A stretch of DNA of 64,000 nucleotides from Hemiscyllium ocellatum (Eukaryota): the NCBI RefSeq assembly GCF_020745735.1, contig NC_083436.1, positions 19,491,299 through 19,555,298 on the forward strand, written 5' to 3'. Below the pieces are notes generated by a model. The model was given only the letters and a program-made list of their open reading frames with translations, was not told the origin of the DNA and searched no databases. Position 1 is the stretch's first letter. Each line of letters starts with the position of its first letter. The translations under genes and the position numbers were made by a program. This document shows positions 51,250 through 63,249 of this stretch, in pieces.

Positions 51250-51765
51250 AAAGTATAAAGTCATAGAGATGTACAGCATGGAAACAGACCCTTCAGTCCA
51301 ACCCATCCATGCCAACCAGATATCCCAACTCAGTCTAGATCCACCTGCCAGCACCCAGCCATATCCCTCCAAACCCTTCCTATTCATATACCAATCCAAA
51401 TGCCTCTTAAATGTTGCAATTATACCAGCCTCCATCACATCCTCTGGCAGCTCATTCCATTCACCTACCACCCTCTGCGTGAAAAAGTTGCCCCTTAGGT
51501 CTCTTTTATATCTTTCCCCTCCCACCCTAAACCTATGCCCTCTAGTTCTGGACTCCCCAACCCCAAGGAAAAGACTTTGTCTATTTATCCTATCCATGCC
51601 CCTCATAATTTTGTAAACCTCTATAAGGTCAACCCTCAGCCACCGACGCTTCAGAGAAAACAATCTCAGCCTGTTCAGCCTCTCCCTGTAGCTCAGATCC
51701 TCCAACCCTGGCAACATCCTTGTAAATCTTTTCTGAACCCTTTCAAGTTTCACAACATCTTTCCG
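51250..51765 (-). mobile_element. CR1 3' fragment nested in an older CR1 (to about 52600)
   Basis: ORF 51232-51783 encodes the RT C-terminus. Confidence 0.9.
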
Positions 51766-53475
51766 TTGGTCAGTACTTTCCACTTAGAAAATAACCCATT
51801 TATTCCCATTCTGTTTTCTGTCTGTTGACCAATTCTTGACTCATGCCAATACATTATCCCTGATAACATGTGGTTTAAGCTTGCCCATTAACCTCTTATA
51901 ATATCCCTTGTCAAATGCCTTCTGAGAATCCAATTATACCACATTCACTGGTTGCCCCTTATCTACCCTACGAGTTACATCCTCAAAAACTAAAAGTTTT
52001 GACAAGCATTATTTGCCTTTCATACTCTCATATTATTTTGTTGAATCCCATTGATGATTTCGAATGTTCTGTTATCATGTTTTTTATTATAGTCGCTACC
52101 ATTGTCCTCACTACTGCTAGACTAACTGGTCTGTAAAACTGTTTTATTTTCTCTCTTTTTAAATAGTGGTGATTACTTTGCTAGTCTCCACTCCGGGAAA
52201 GCTCCAGAATTTATAGAATTCTGGAAGATAAACACCAATGTTTCCAGTATTTCCAGACTCCCTCCCTTTAGTGCTCTGGAATGTAGATTATCAGGCTGGT
52301 ATAATTTGTCAATTTTCAATCCCATTAATTTCCCAGCACTCTTTTTTTTCTTACTAATACTGGCTTCCTTCAGTTCTGCCCTCTTACTAGACCTTGCTTC
52401 CTTAACATCCCTGGAAATTTATTTATTCCCCTTTATAACTTCTCTGGCTTCTGACTGGGATCTGCATTTGTCTTTACTAATCATTTTCTCTTTACATATT
52501 TATAGAATTTTTTTGCTGAGTTGTTTTATGTTCCCTGATATTTTACTCTGGTTCACCCTTGTGATCAACTTCTTTGGTCTTTTGCTGAATTCTAAATTGC
52601 TCCTGATCCCCAGGCAATTTGGTGCCACCTTGCTGGTCTGAGAGAAGTTGCATTTTCTACAATTAAATATTGGGAGCACTGATGCCTGTTCGGTACCAGA
52701 GATCCCACTTCCTTGTAACTGAATCCAGTCTCTCAACTTGAATTGCACCTTACTGTTGGTAACCTTGGTATCTTATGTGATTGAAGTTAAGCTCCAGCCT
52801 CTCAGTCACAAAAGCTTACAGCCACATCTTTCGCTACCTCAACCTGTTTGCTGCTGGAAAAATCATCCTTGTCTTGTAATTTCTAAAGTTAACTATTCTA
52901 ATGGTCCATTGGCTAGTTCCCATCCATCAGACACTTAACTTCTGCTCATCCAAAACACTCCATAACCTATGTTCCGTGTTCTACTCACTCATCACCTTGG
53001 CCTTTGTAGACTACATGAGCTTCTAATCCTAAAGTGCTTGAAATTTTAAATTCTCATTCTTGTGTGGAAATTCTGTTGTGGTCTTTTCCTATCTATATTT
53101 ATCCTTGTCCAACCTCCCAGCACCTTTCATTCTCCACTATCCCTACCCCTCGACCACCTAATTGTCTGATCTTTGTCAGCTCTTGACTATCTGTTAGCCT
53201 TTCTAGTATTGCATTACCTATTTTTATCTCATTCAATATCACAAATTATTCTTCATCTAGCATAGATGATCGTCAAGAGGTGATTTGGTCACCTGGTCCA
53301 ATTTAGATACTGGGGTTTTGCCAGAGGAATTGTAAATGTTGCATGTTTGTTCAAAATGGGAGGAGGATAGTTTGATTACTGGCGAGCTAATTTTACCATT
53401 GCAAAAATCAATCTGGAAAATCATTAATGGCAACTTGGCTTTGTGTAGGCTGATAAAAGTCAGCATAGCCTTAAG

Positions 53476-53977
53476 CATCATCTACAAAATTCCATGCAAG
53501 GACTGCCACAAACACTATGTAGGACAAACAGGAAGAAAGTTAGCCACCAGGATACACGAACTCCAGCTAGCCACAAAAAAGACACGACCCTCTCTCCCTC
53601 GTAGCCCTACACGTGGATGAAAAAAAAACACCATTTCGACTGGGCCAACACATCTCTCCTGGGACAGGCTAAGCAAAGACATGCCATAGAATTCCTAGAG
53701 GCCTGGCATTCCAACCACAATGCCATAAACAAACACATAGATCTAGATACCATCTAACAACCCCTCAGAAAACAAACAGGAAATGACATCACCAAAATCT
53801 CAGGAACCCCAACCAGGAGAAAGATATAAATAGAAAGCAGGAGACAACAGCTTTGCTTCACTTGGAGGTCGCTATTGATGATGTTACCTAGCCAAGTAAT
53901 GAAACGTCTGGATATCAAACCTACAGCTCAGCGAGCAAACCTACACCCTAAACCTCAACCTGAGCTACAAACCTTGC
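53476..53977 (+). mobile_element. 5'-truncated Poseidon-type PLE (GIY-YIG fragment + pLTR) in an old CR1
   Basis: IIYKIPCKDCHKHYVGQTGRKLATRIHE; hammerhead with TTGATGA core; probable TSD AGC(C/T)TTAAG at 53467-53475 and 53978-53986. Confidence 0.85.
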
Positions 53978-55074
53978 AGCTTTAAGTGAAATTCATATTT
54001 GACAAATTTTGAGTCTTTTGGTGACAACAGTGAGTGAAAGTGAGGTTCTTTGTGTTGCGTATGTAGACTTCCTAAGGCTTTGAAAATGACTACACTACGG
54101 AACTTGGGTAGTAAAAACATAGAAACAAAATTGGCTCAACAGGAAGAAACTGGTGTGGTGACTGGTTGTTTTCTGGACTTTAATGTGGTGTGCAGTGCTG
54201 GTCCCTAGGGTTCAGTATTAGAATCAATGCTGATTTGATATGCATTAGTGACTTGTGGGTACACCCGCATTTTGCAACTTTATAGAAGATGTGAAACTTG
54301 GAAATGAAGCAAACAGTGATGAAACTAGATTCAAGAGAATGTAGGTTGATTGACCAAGTGTACAATGACAGATGAAACTCAATGCAGAAAATTGTGAGCT
54401 GATTCATTTTGGGAGAACAATTGATGAAATACAATGGAAGCTAAATGGCACAATTTTAAAGCAGGTGCAAGTATAGAATTACCTGAAGTTGTTTGTAGGT
54501 AAGTCGGAAAGGCTATTAAAGCCTGGGCTTTGTATATAGTGGAATAAGAGTATAAACCCAGGAAATTGTCAAAATATGTGAAACGCTTCAAGAAAATGGC
54601 TTGGAAGGGTGAGAATGGTTCCAAAAATGAGGAATTGCAGTTATGGTCAGAAGAAACTGGGATTGTTCTCTTTAGAGCAGAAAATACTGAGAAGAGATTT
54701 GATCCAAGTGGTTAAAATCATGCATCTGTTTGGACTAAGTGAAAATTGTTTCCACCAACTGAAGGGTCAATAACTCTCAGCCACAGATTTAAGGTGATTG
54801 ATAAAAACAGAAGTGACATGAAGACAAAACCCTTTTAATACAATGATTAGGATTTGGAATTCACTGTCCAACAGATACTGCAAACATATTCAGTAGCAAC
54901 TCTTCAAATGAAAGTTGAGTAAATACTTGGAGGAATAGATACAGAGATGTGTGGGAATAACTAAATTGCAGTTCAAAAGAACCATACAGACATGATTAGC
55001 AAGGTTTGTGAAGCTTTATAGCTCAGGTTGAGGTTGAGGGTGGAGGTTTGCTCGCTGAGCTGGAGGTTTGATCT

Positions 55075-55114
55075 CCAGACGTTTCATTACCTGGCTAGGT
55101 AACATCATCAGTGG
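55075..55114 (-). ncRNA. Minimal type I hammerhead ribozyme motif (inverted copy)
   Basis: Reverse complement of 55708-55747. Confidence 0.8.
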
Positions 55115-55707
55115 TGACCTCCAAGTGAAGCAAAGCTGTTGTCTCCTGCTTTCTATTTATATGTTTGTCCTGGATGGGGTTTCTGGGGTTTGTGGTGATG
55201 TCATTTTCTGTTCGTTTTCTGGGGAGTTGGATAGATGGCATCTAGATCTATGTGCTTGTTTAAGGCATTGTGGTTGGAGTGCCAGGCCTCTAGGAATTCT
55301 CTGGCATGTCTTTGCTTAGCCTGTCCCAGGATAGATGTGTTGTCCCAGTCGAAATGGTGGTTTTTTTCATCCGTGTGTAGGGCTATGAGGGAGAGAGGGT
55401 CGTGTCTTTTTGTGCTACCTGGTGTTCATGTATCCTGGTGGCTAACTTTCTTCCTGTTTGTCAGAAATGACAGCCAGACTACTGAGACCCCTCGGAATCC
55501 TAGTAGCACACAAACTCACCAATACTCTCAAACAAAAACTAACAAACTTAAAAGACCCAGTACAACCCATGGACAAAGCCAACGTCATCTATCAACCCCT
55601 CAGAAAATGAACAGGAAATGACATCACCACAAACCCCAGAAACCCTATCCAGGAGAAAGATATAAATAGAAAGCAGGAGACAACAGCTTCGCTTCACTTG
55701 GAGGTCA

Positions 55708-55747
55708 CCACTGATGATGTTACCTAGCCAGGTAATGAAACGTCTGG
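55708..55747 (+). ncRNA. Minimal type I hammerhead ribozyme motif (second family)
   Basis: CCA-CTGATGA-T-GTTACC(TAGCCA)GGTAAT-GAAA-C-GTC-TGG. Confidence 0.8.
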
Positions 55748-55992
55748 GTTTCAAAACTACAGCTCAGCGAGCAAACCTGCACCCTAGACATGATTAGCTT
55801 CATTCTGTGCTTTGTTATTCAAAAATGTAAAATACAGTGATCCTGATTATTCTAATTGAAAGCAGTAAAATTTGGGATATTTGTGTGGTGTATTATTCAA
55901 CTTTTTTTTTCTCCTAGGTTGAATTGAAGAGCACTTTGCCTTTTACCAACAGGTATTAAGATTGTTACCACTGGTGAAGTTGTTGGCAGCCG

Positions 55993-56157
55993 ATGGCACG
56001 TTACAGATACTTCATATTTAATCAGCGTGGTATGGTTATCTTGGGATTTCTGCAGATAGCCTGTGCTGCAGTGTGTGTAATGTCTGGCTTTATGGATACA
56101 ATTTTTAGAAAAAGTTCAGCACTGAGTAGAACTAGAATCCCCGTCTGGACTGGAATG
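55993..56157 (+). CDS. CD20-like gene, first coding exon (exon spans 55918-56157)
   Basis: Poly-T tract + AG at 55916-55917; donor ATG|gtaaat. Confidence 0.85.
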
Positions 56158-59100
56158 GTAAATCCAAATGATTTTAAAAGTGTATTATGACTTTATTTAT
56201 TTTAAAATCAGTAAACCCATGATAAACATTATTCTTGCTTTTTCAGGCAATGGCCATTCCAGGAGTTCTGGCATTATTTTCTTCTCAGAAAAAGAATCCT
56301 GTTCTTGTAAGTCTGTTGCAGTAGGGTAATAAATTGTCATTATCATTTTATGTGGAAGACTAACTTAGAAGATTGTGCAAAAAAAATTATAAATTTTTTT
56401 TTAAGTCCACTTTGGTATGTGCTTGGGCACATATGACTCTCAAGGGTCACTTTCATCCCATTGTCTCTGAAGATCTGAGTGTATTTCGATTTTGATTTAG
56501 TGAATTTTTTTCAAATAAGCCTGTTTTACTGTTTTACTTTTCATTTCTATTAAACTATACACAAAATTACTATAACCAGTTTCTTAAACTCACTGGCTGA
56601 ATTTTGAGGAATTGCCTTGGACATATAAAAGTTTCAATTATTTTCAGGTGGCTGAATTCTTGATACATTTGGGAGAACAGTGATTTGTTCAGTCTCCAAT
56701 ATTAGGAGGTAGACGGATGAGTCTTTCAGTTAAAGGGTACTTTCTTTCCATATCACAATAGAACTACATTTCCACATATCCCCACTTCCATGGAATGCTC
56801 ACTCATAAAAATCCATATAGATGATGCACTGATGGTATTGTACACTGTTGGGGAAGGGTTGCGATGGTGGCAATGTTCTTCTGCCCTCATCTGATGGAAT
56901 TGCTTTTGTGTCCAATCATCTGAATTAAATTTGAGGCCCTCTGCATCAATATGTTGGATCAGCCCAATTTCATAGTTTGAAGCAAGGAGTTGGTTCATGT
57001 TCTGGTTGTCCTCATGGAATATTATAATCACTTATCTTTCAGGAAATAACAAAGTTTGTTTAGTGAAGCAACCATGATTCATCTTGAATTTACCGATCAG
57101 TTGAATAGATTCCAAAGTTACTTTGATATTGAAGTTCATGTTTGCAGCATTAACACAAATGAACATCTGTGGAACCTAGGAATTTCTGCTTTTCCTATAT
57201 TCTGCAATTCACGCCCTCAGTGATGAAATATGAAACTTTTAGAATATGCAGAACAGCTTCCATTTCCATCCCTTGTACTTTTCAAGCTTCTAATGTATCA
57301 AGTTTTTAAATCTTCTACACAGTATTACACTTGGGAGCAAGAAGTCTTTGGTATTACTAAAGATGAAAATTTAATATGCAGGACTAACATCTGTATAATT
57401 TGTAAACTGCACTCATAAGATGGTGTTGAAACTAGTACTCACAAGCTAATGTCATTTTCTAAGAAATTAGCTTCTAAACTGGTATGCTGAATTCTAAATT
57501 TGTTATTGAAAATTACCTTATGTGTTTGAATAACGTACCCTCTCATACTACGTCAAAATTAGTTTTGCTTTAGTCAGACATTTTGTAATGACCATGTATT
57601 TTCATTTTTTAAAATTGTTGATTGTGAAATAAAGTGGGAAAAGTGGTTTAAAAGCCAAGAATTTTTGAAAGATTGGTGTACTTTCTAAAAGCAAGTTACT
57701 TGGCATTCATTGTAGGTGCTATTTACACAGCTGTTGGTTCAAACGGTGGAGAAAGTCCAGACAAATTGGGTTGTGTACAAAGGGAGATTTGGTCAGCATC
57801 AAGAAGCTGATTGGTCTATGAAACGATCAGACAATGGCCTGCTGCCTGCCAAATAACTCTGATCGGCTGTAAGATAGCTGAACAGTTTCAGGATATGAAT
57901 GTTCAGGTCAGAAACCATCATATATCTGGGCGAGAAGGTGTTGCTTTGTTTTGCAGTAAAATACATCTCAATCTAAACTTTATTTCCCCTTACCAGTTGC
58001 CATAAGCTATGACTCTTAATTACTAAGTCAGAGAACGTTCAGTGTGAACTAGTCACTCTCTGTTTCTTTAAAAGACAATTAAAAGTACTTAAGGAAGGAA
58101 GAACGAGAAGAAGCATTCTGATTTGTACAAGGATAATCTCAGCAAACACTGTGGACAGACCATTGAACTGCCTTCCTAGTCTTTCCCTTCACCCATAACA
58201 CCTATGTTTTGACTGTGTGTGTGTACATAGAGGGGGAGTTTTCTAAGTGGGTTAAAGTTTTAACTGGTAGTGTTATGTATCAACAGTTAATCGTTGTTTA
58301 CCTATAGCTAGAGTCTACTTGTAATAAATAGTAATTCTTGTTAAGATTAGATTAAATTAGATTCCCTACAGTGTGTGAACAGGCCCTTCGGCCCAACAAG
58401 TCCACACAGACCGTCCGAAGAGTAACCTATCCAGACCAATGCACCTAATACTATGGCCAATTTAGCTTGGCCAACTCACCTGACCTGCACATCTTTGGAA
58501 TGTGGGAGGAAACCGGAGCACCCAGAGGAAACCCACACAGACACGGGGAGAACGTGCAAACTCCACACAGATAGTTGTCCAAGGCTGGAATCGAACCTGG
58601 GACCCTGGCACTGTGAGGCAGCAGTGCTAACCACTGAGCCACCATGCCCCAATAGAATAATAGGTACAGGTAGATGATCCTTTATCTGAAATCTTTGGGA
58701 CCAGCTGTTTTTTGGAATTTGGAATTTTTCAAATTTCTGAATAAGTGACAGTTTGTTGGTGAAATTTTTAAAAATCTTACAAGAGGAGCAGACTTAGTAA
58801 CTAAAACAGGCCTTTCGAGAGAATCCAGGCCTGCTGGTGCTGGGACACGCACTCCGCCCTCTTTTCCACATCCACATCCACATCTGAGTGACATGCATCG
58901 AATGGGTGTCGACCTGGGTTAACTGTTTGCACGCCAAACAATCTTGTTAATGAGAAAAAATCTTCTCAAAAAACCTTCGGATTTCGGAGCTTTTCGGATT
59001 TTGGAACTTCGGATTAAGGATCATCTACCTAAAGCATGCTTTCTGTCCACCTCGGTCTAAACGAGAGGTAAATTGAGAAATAATTTTTGAAACCTTGACA

Positions 59101-59399
59101 ATTCCAGGAAGAGTGGGAGTTGATTTCCAGCATTCTACACCAAGAGATGTAACAAGCTTCAGATTTGAGTTAAGCTACAAAATGTGTTCAATTTTAATAA
59201 TATGCAGTAGCAGTATTTAGTTATTTTACAGTTTATATTGAATTCCTTGCATTCTATCTAGGTGAGCAGTATGGTTGCATCGGCTGTATTTTCCTGGATT
59301 ACTACAACTATTTTGATAATATATGCAGCTTTGACGTTGAACTATGGTGAAGATGATGATGAGGTGTTCCAACATAAACCCAATCATGTTATTCATATG
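55993..59399 (+). CDS. Uncharacterised MS4A/CD20-like multi-pass membrane protein, 5' part: join(55993-56157,56247-56306,59262-59399), 121 aa; appears to continue beyond the window
   Basis: Acceptor ctcctag at 55917 and an in-frame upstream stop before ATG 55993. Three phase-0 GT-AG exons encode MARYRYFIFNQRGMVILGFLQIACAAVCVMSGFMDTIFRKSSALSRTRIPVWTGM / AMAIPGVLALFSSQKKNPVL / VSSMVASAVFSWITTTILIIYAALTLNYGEDDDEVFQHKPNHVIHM. LGxxQI and PxWxG...PGxL patterns are typical of CD20-like TM1/TM2. Confidence 0.85.
56247..56306 (+). CDS. CD20-like gene, second coding exon (60 nt)
   Basis: tttttcag|GCAATGGCC...GTTCTT|gtaagt. Confidence 0.85.
58344..58650 (-). mobile_element. HE1-like V-SINE, near full length
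   Basis: tRNA head, V domain gggtttcctctgggtgctccggtttcctccca, (AATCT)n tail. Confidence 0.9.
58667..59030. mobile_element. Tc1/mariner (Tigger/pogo-like) MITE
   Basis: TA + CAGGTAGATGATCCTTTATCTGAA left TIR; TTCGGATTAAGGATCATCTACCT right TIR; internal TTTCGGA-type sub-terminal repeats. Confidence 0.75.
59262..59399 (+). CDS. CD20-like gene, third coding exon (TM3 + acidic loop)
   Basis: tctatctag|GTGAGCAGT...CATATG|gtaagc; 138 nt, open in phase 0; hydrophobic helix followed by YGEDDDE. Confidence 0.85.
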
Positions 59400-59879
59400 G
59401 TAAGCTATTTTAAAATGTAAGTGAAACTTATTCTTTAAGCTTACTTGCTGTTTTTCCTGCAGATAACAAAGTCTTTGGTGTTTTACATGAACATTTGAGG
59501 GGGGAAGAATCACATTATGTGCCTTTTAGTTCAATTCCTTCACAAAATACTTGACTTTATTATGCAGGCATTTCCCACAGTTCATCGATTAGGATATAAA
59601 TTTAGAGCTGTAATTTAATTTGTCTGTAACATAGATAGGAAATACTTCTGGAGTATTCAACTAGAATTAATGAGAATTCTAGGAGCAATGTAAACATAAT
59701 TGAAAACATTTTAATAGTTTCCAAAAATAGTCTAAAATTAGCAGTATACTTTACTTTAATTTAAAGCCAAAAGCTTTTCAGCATTACTCAAGTTCTGTCT
59801 TACACACCAACTATCTCACCTGTTACTTATAATGGCTTTCATTCATGTGTTCAGATACTTAATTTAAATTGCAGTACAC

Positions 59880-61090
59880 CATAGAGTCATAGAGATGTAC
59901 AGCATGGAAATGGACCCTTCGGTCCAACCCGTCCATGCCGACCAGATATCCCAACCCAATCTAGTTCCACATGACAGCACCTGGCCCATATCCCTCCAAA
60001 CTCTTCCTATTCGTAGACCCATCCAAATGCCTCTTAAATGTTGCAATTGTACCAGTCTCCACCACTTCCTCTGGCAGCACATTCCATTCATGTACCACCA
60101 TCTGCATGAAAAAGTTGCCCCTTAGGTCTCTTTTATATCTTTCCCCTCTCACCCTAGACCTATGCCCTCTAGTTCTGGACTCCCCGACCCCAAGGAAAAG
60201 ACTTTGTCTATTTATTCTATCTATGCCCCTCATAATTTTGTAAACCTCTATAAGGTCACCCCTCAGCCTCCGACGCTCCAGGGAAAACAGCTCTAGCCTG
60301 TTCAGCCTCTCCCTCTAGCTCAGATCCTCCAACCCTGGCAACATCCTTGTAAATCTTTTCTGAACTCTTTCAAGTTTCACAACATCTTTCCGATAGGAAG
60401 GAAACCAGAATTGCATACAACATTCCAACAGTGGCCTAACCAATGTCCTGTACAGCCGCAACATGACCTCCCAATTCCTGTACTCAATACTCTGACCAAT
60501 AAAGGAAAGCATACCAAACGCCTTCTTCACTATCCTATCTACCTGCGAATCCACTTTCAAGGAGCTATGAACCTGCACTCCAAGGTCTCTTTGTTCAGCA
60601 ACACTCCCTAGGACCTTACCATTAAGTGTATAAGTCCTGCTAAGATTTGCTTTCCCAAAATGCAGCACCTCGCATTTATCTGAATTAAACTCCATCTGCC
60701 ACTTCTCAGCCCATTGGCCCATCTGGTCCAGATCCTGTTGTAATCTGAGGTAATCCTCTTCGCTGTCCACTACACCTCCAATTTTGGTGTCATCTGCAAA
60801 CTTACAAACTGTACTTATTATGCTCGCATCCAAATCATTTATGTAAATGACAAAAAGTAGAGGGCCCAGCACCAATCCTTGTGGCACTCCACTGGTCACA
60901 GGCACCCTGGTCTTCTATCTTTGAGCCAGTTCTGTATCCAAATGGCTAGTTCTCCCTGTATTCCATGAGATCTAACCTTGCTAATCAGTCTCCCATGGGG
61001 AACCTTGTCGAATGCCTTGCTGAAGTCCATATAGATCACATCTACTGCTCTGCCCTCCTCAATCTTCTTTGTTACTTCTTCAAAAAACTC
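59880..61090 (-). mobile_element. CR1 LINE 3' 1.2 kb
   Basis: [27 protein letters not shown], 3' UTR. Confidence 0.92.
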
Positions 61091-61179
61091 ACTCTCAAAC
61101 TGAATATGCAATTCAATTATATAATCACTTTCCTAGAAGATGGTTTATTCTGAGATTGTTATTTGGTGATATAAAACTT

Positions 61180-62342
61180 GAGTGTTGCTGAAAAGAGAGA
61201 TATCCTGTCATAGTTTTTCACCTTACCTCATTGGGCCACTTTGCAAATGTATTAATTCAAGGAGAAAATAATCATTTATGATGCATGAGAAAAGAATAGT
61301 AATTGGTTGGTCAGCAGACTCTGATTTGAAGAGGCAGTGCCATGGAGAATGATTGTATTAAAGTTAAAGGCCTTGCACATTGCAGATTCTCCGGCAGATA
61401 TTGTCCCATTGCAGAATCATTAAGACACTGTGCCTTGAGATTTTCAAGCATGGGCTGTTTGGGCGTAGTCATACCTTGCCCATTTGTGAACAGTTGAAGG
61501 AGCAAGCTGTTTGATACAATCTGCCAGTCTTTAGGACAAATGCCCTGCAAACCTGGCATTACCAGCTCTGAACTTCATACATCATATTACTTATTTCTGC
61601 GCTGAGCAGAATATCTTTTTGCATTGATGGCAGCTACCTCTTACTCGGGGCCATCACTTGTGTTGATGCTGCATAACAGCAGCATGAAGCAACTATATTC
61701 ATCTGCAAAAACTCCCCTTAAAAGATACCTTCCAGGGTAATTAGAGGTAGACTAGACACTTTTTGTTAATTGGAAAACATTTGCTGGACAACCGTGAATG
61801 TGGAAAGAATTTTGCTGACAATTACTTGAGCATTATCAGTTAGAGCCATGGTGTGGTGCACTTGCATGTAATGGAAGCTAGATATATTTATTGACAGGAC
61901 ATGTTCCTTGGAGACAGATTGAATAAGTACACATACTGCACCTGTTTCAACTGAACAAGTAGGTGACAACCATTCACTGGTAGATTTCTCAGAGCAATGC
62001 CTCACCTATCAATCCCTGAAAACAACAAATACTGGAGATCATAGACGATCAGACAGCATCCATGGAGAGAGAGCAAGCTAACATTTTGAGTCTAGATGAC
62101 TCTTCAGAGTCTACCTGCCTGGCTTAAAATTTAAATAATTGGCTGTTAATTGTCACTTATCATTAATGGGTATATTGTCCATAACAAGCCTCCGTCAGTC
62201 AGCATCCACTATGCAGCCAATCAGCATTCTCCTCTCGTGCAGCGTGAATGTTGGTTTTTATATTCAGTTGATGTTCATATAAAGTGCTCTGCTGTGTGCA
62301 AGACAAAAAGCTTCAATAAAATCCATCTTTTTCTCAGCAATA
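61180..62342 (-). mobile_element. Highly decayed PLE (fourth family) with inverted pLTR copy at about 62115-62342
   Basis: - strand remnants CLVYL*LPWK and DSAMGQYLPENLQCA resemble PLE linker/GIY-YIG C-terminus; 61180-61370 is an imperfect inverted match to 62115-62342. Confidence 0.55.
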
Positions 62343-63249
62343 ATTAACCTTGCCTCATTTATGCTATACTAAATCTAAAATAGCTCCATTGCTACCATTC
62401 CAAGCATAGTGTTTTAAGAAGATAGCTAGGTAACCTACCCTAAATATCCAACCTGAAAGCCAGCAAGATTCAAAATCTGTCACAGACTCCATCCCAACGT
62501 AGCCAGTTTGAGATGCTATCTGTGCCATTGAACTTTCTTCCTGTCCTACTCTATTTTGTTTTTACTTAAATTGCAAGTCTGTTTTCTTCTTTTGACTATT
62601 GAGATTTCTAAAGCTCCTTTATCTGTCTTCCTCCCCCTTTAAAGTTCTTAGCCATTAATGCAAATTCACCAGGGACACTGATCTAAGTTGTTGGTAAAAA
62701 TGGGGCCTATTCCAAAATTGGTACCAGTGCCTCGTGAATTATAACTTCTCCTTTCCTCATAAGTCATTTTTCATTGAGATTCATATTTGCTTTATCTGTG
62801 TCATCTGTAATGGATGGAATGAATGATGTGGTAGCAGCCTGTTTGGATTTGTTTAAAATCTGTGCATATATAGATATAAATCTTACAGACCAATGTATTT
62901 TGAAATCTGAACTTTTTTGAAAAATCTATACAAATCTGTTGGATCTTGCCTATCTGTATTTCCTACAATCAGCATAAAAGATTTCAAGATTTATTTTCCC
63001 AAATTGTTGCCATTTATTGTTTCCTGAAACAGTTGTTGAAGTTGATTCTTCCTATTCCGATTTCGTACACTGAGTTTAGCTGCTCTACTGTGCCATCTGC
63101 AGCATTGGCCCAGAGATCGTTCTTTTCTCCTTTTCTCTGTCTCTGTCTCTATCTCTGTCTCTCTTCCCTTATATTGACAACAACCTGTGAAGCACCTTTG
63201 GTTTATCCCAAAGTAAAAGATCTCATCAGTATCCAGTCTTGGGTGTTCA

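Larger units (their letters stand above)
55001..55785. mobile_element. Poseidon-type PLE inverted-pLTR element, 13-bp TSD
   Basis: Inverted arms of about 200 bp, each with an intact hammerhead; GIY-YIG fragment on - strand; TSD AGACATGATTAGC at 54988-55000 and 55786-55798. Confidence 0.9.
57584..59154 (+). mobile_element. Probable solo-LTR-like repeat interrupted by a SINE and a MITE; related copy at about 13300-13785
   Basis: 58145-58285 resembles 13665-13785; TGT...ACA ends; no TSD found. Confidence 0.4.

Noticed and set aside
56753-57031. 92-aa minus-strand ORF in an intron
   Set aside because: No recognisable motif, non-ATG start, no supporting exon structure
59463-59498. Possible fourth exon of the CD20-like gene after tttcctgcag
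   Set aside because: Would need a 63-nt intron and stops after 11 codons without a full TM4; the true next exon is probably beyond the window
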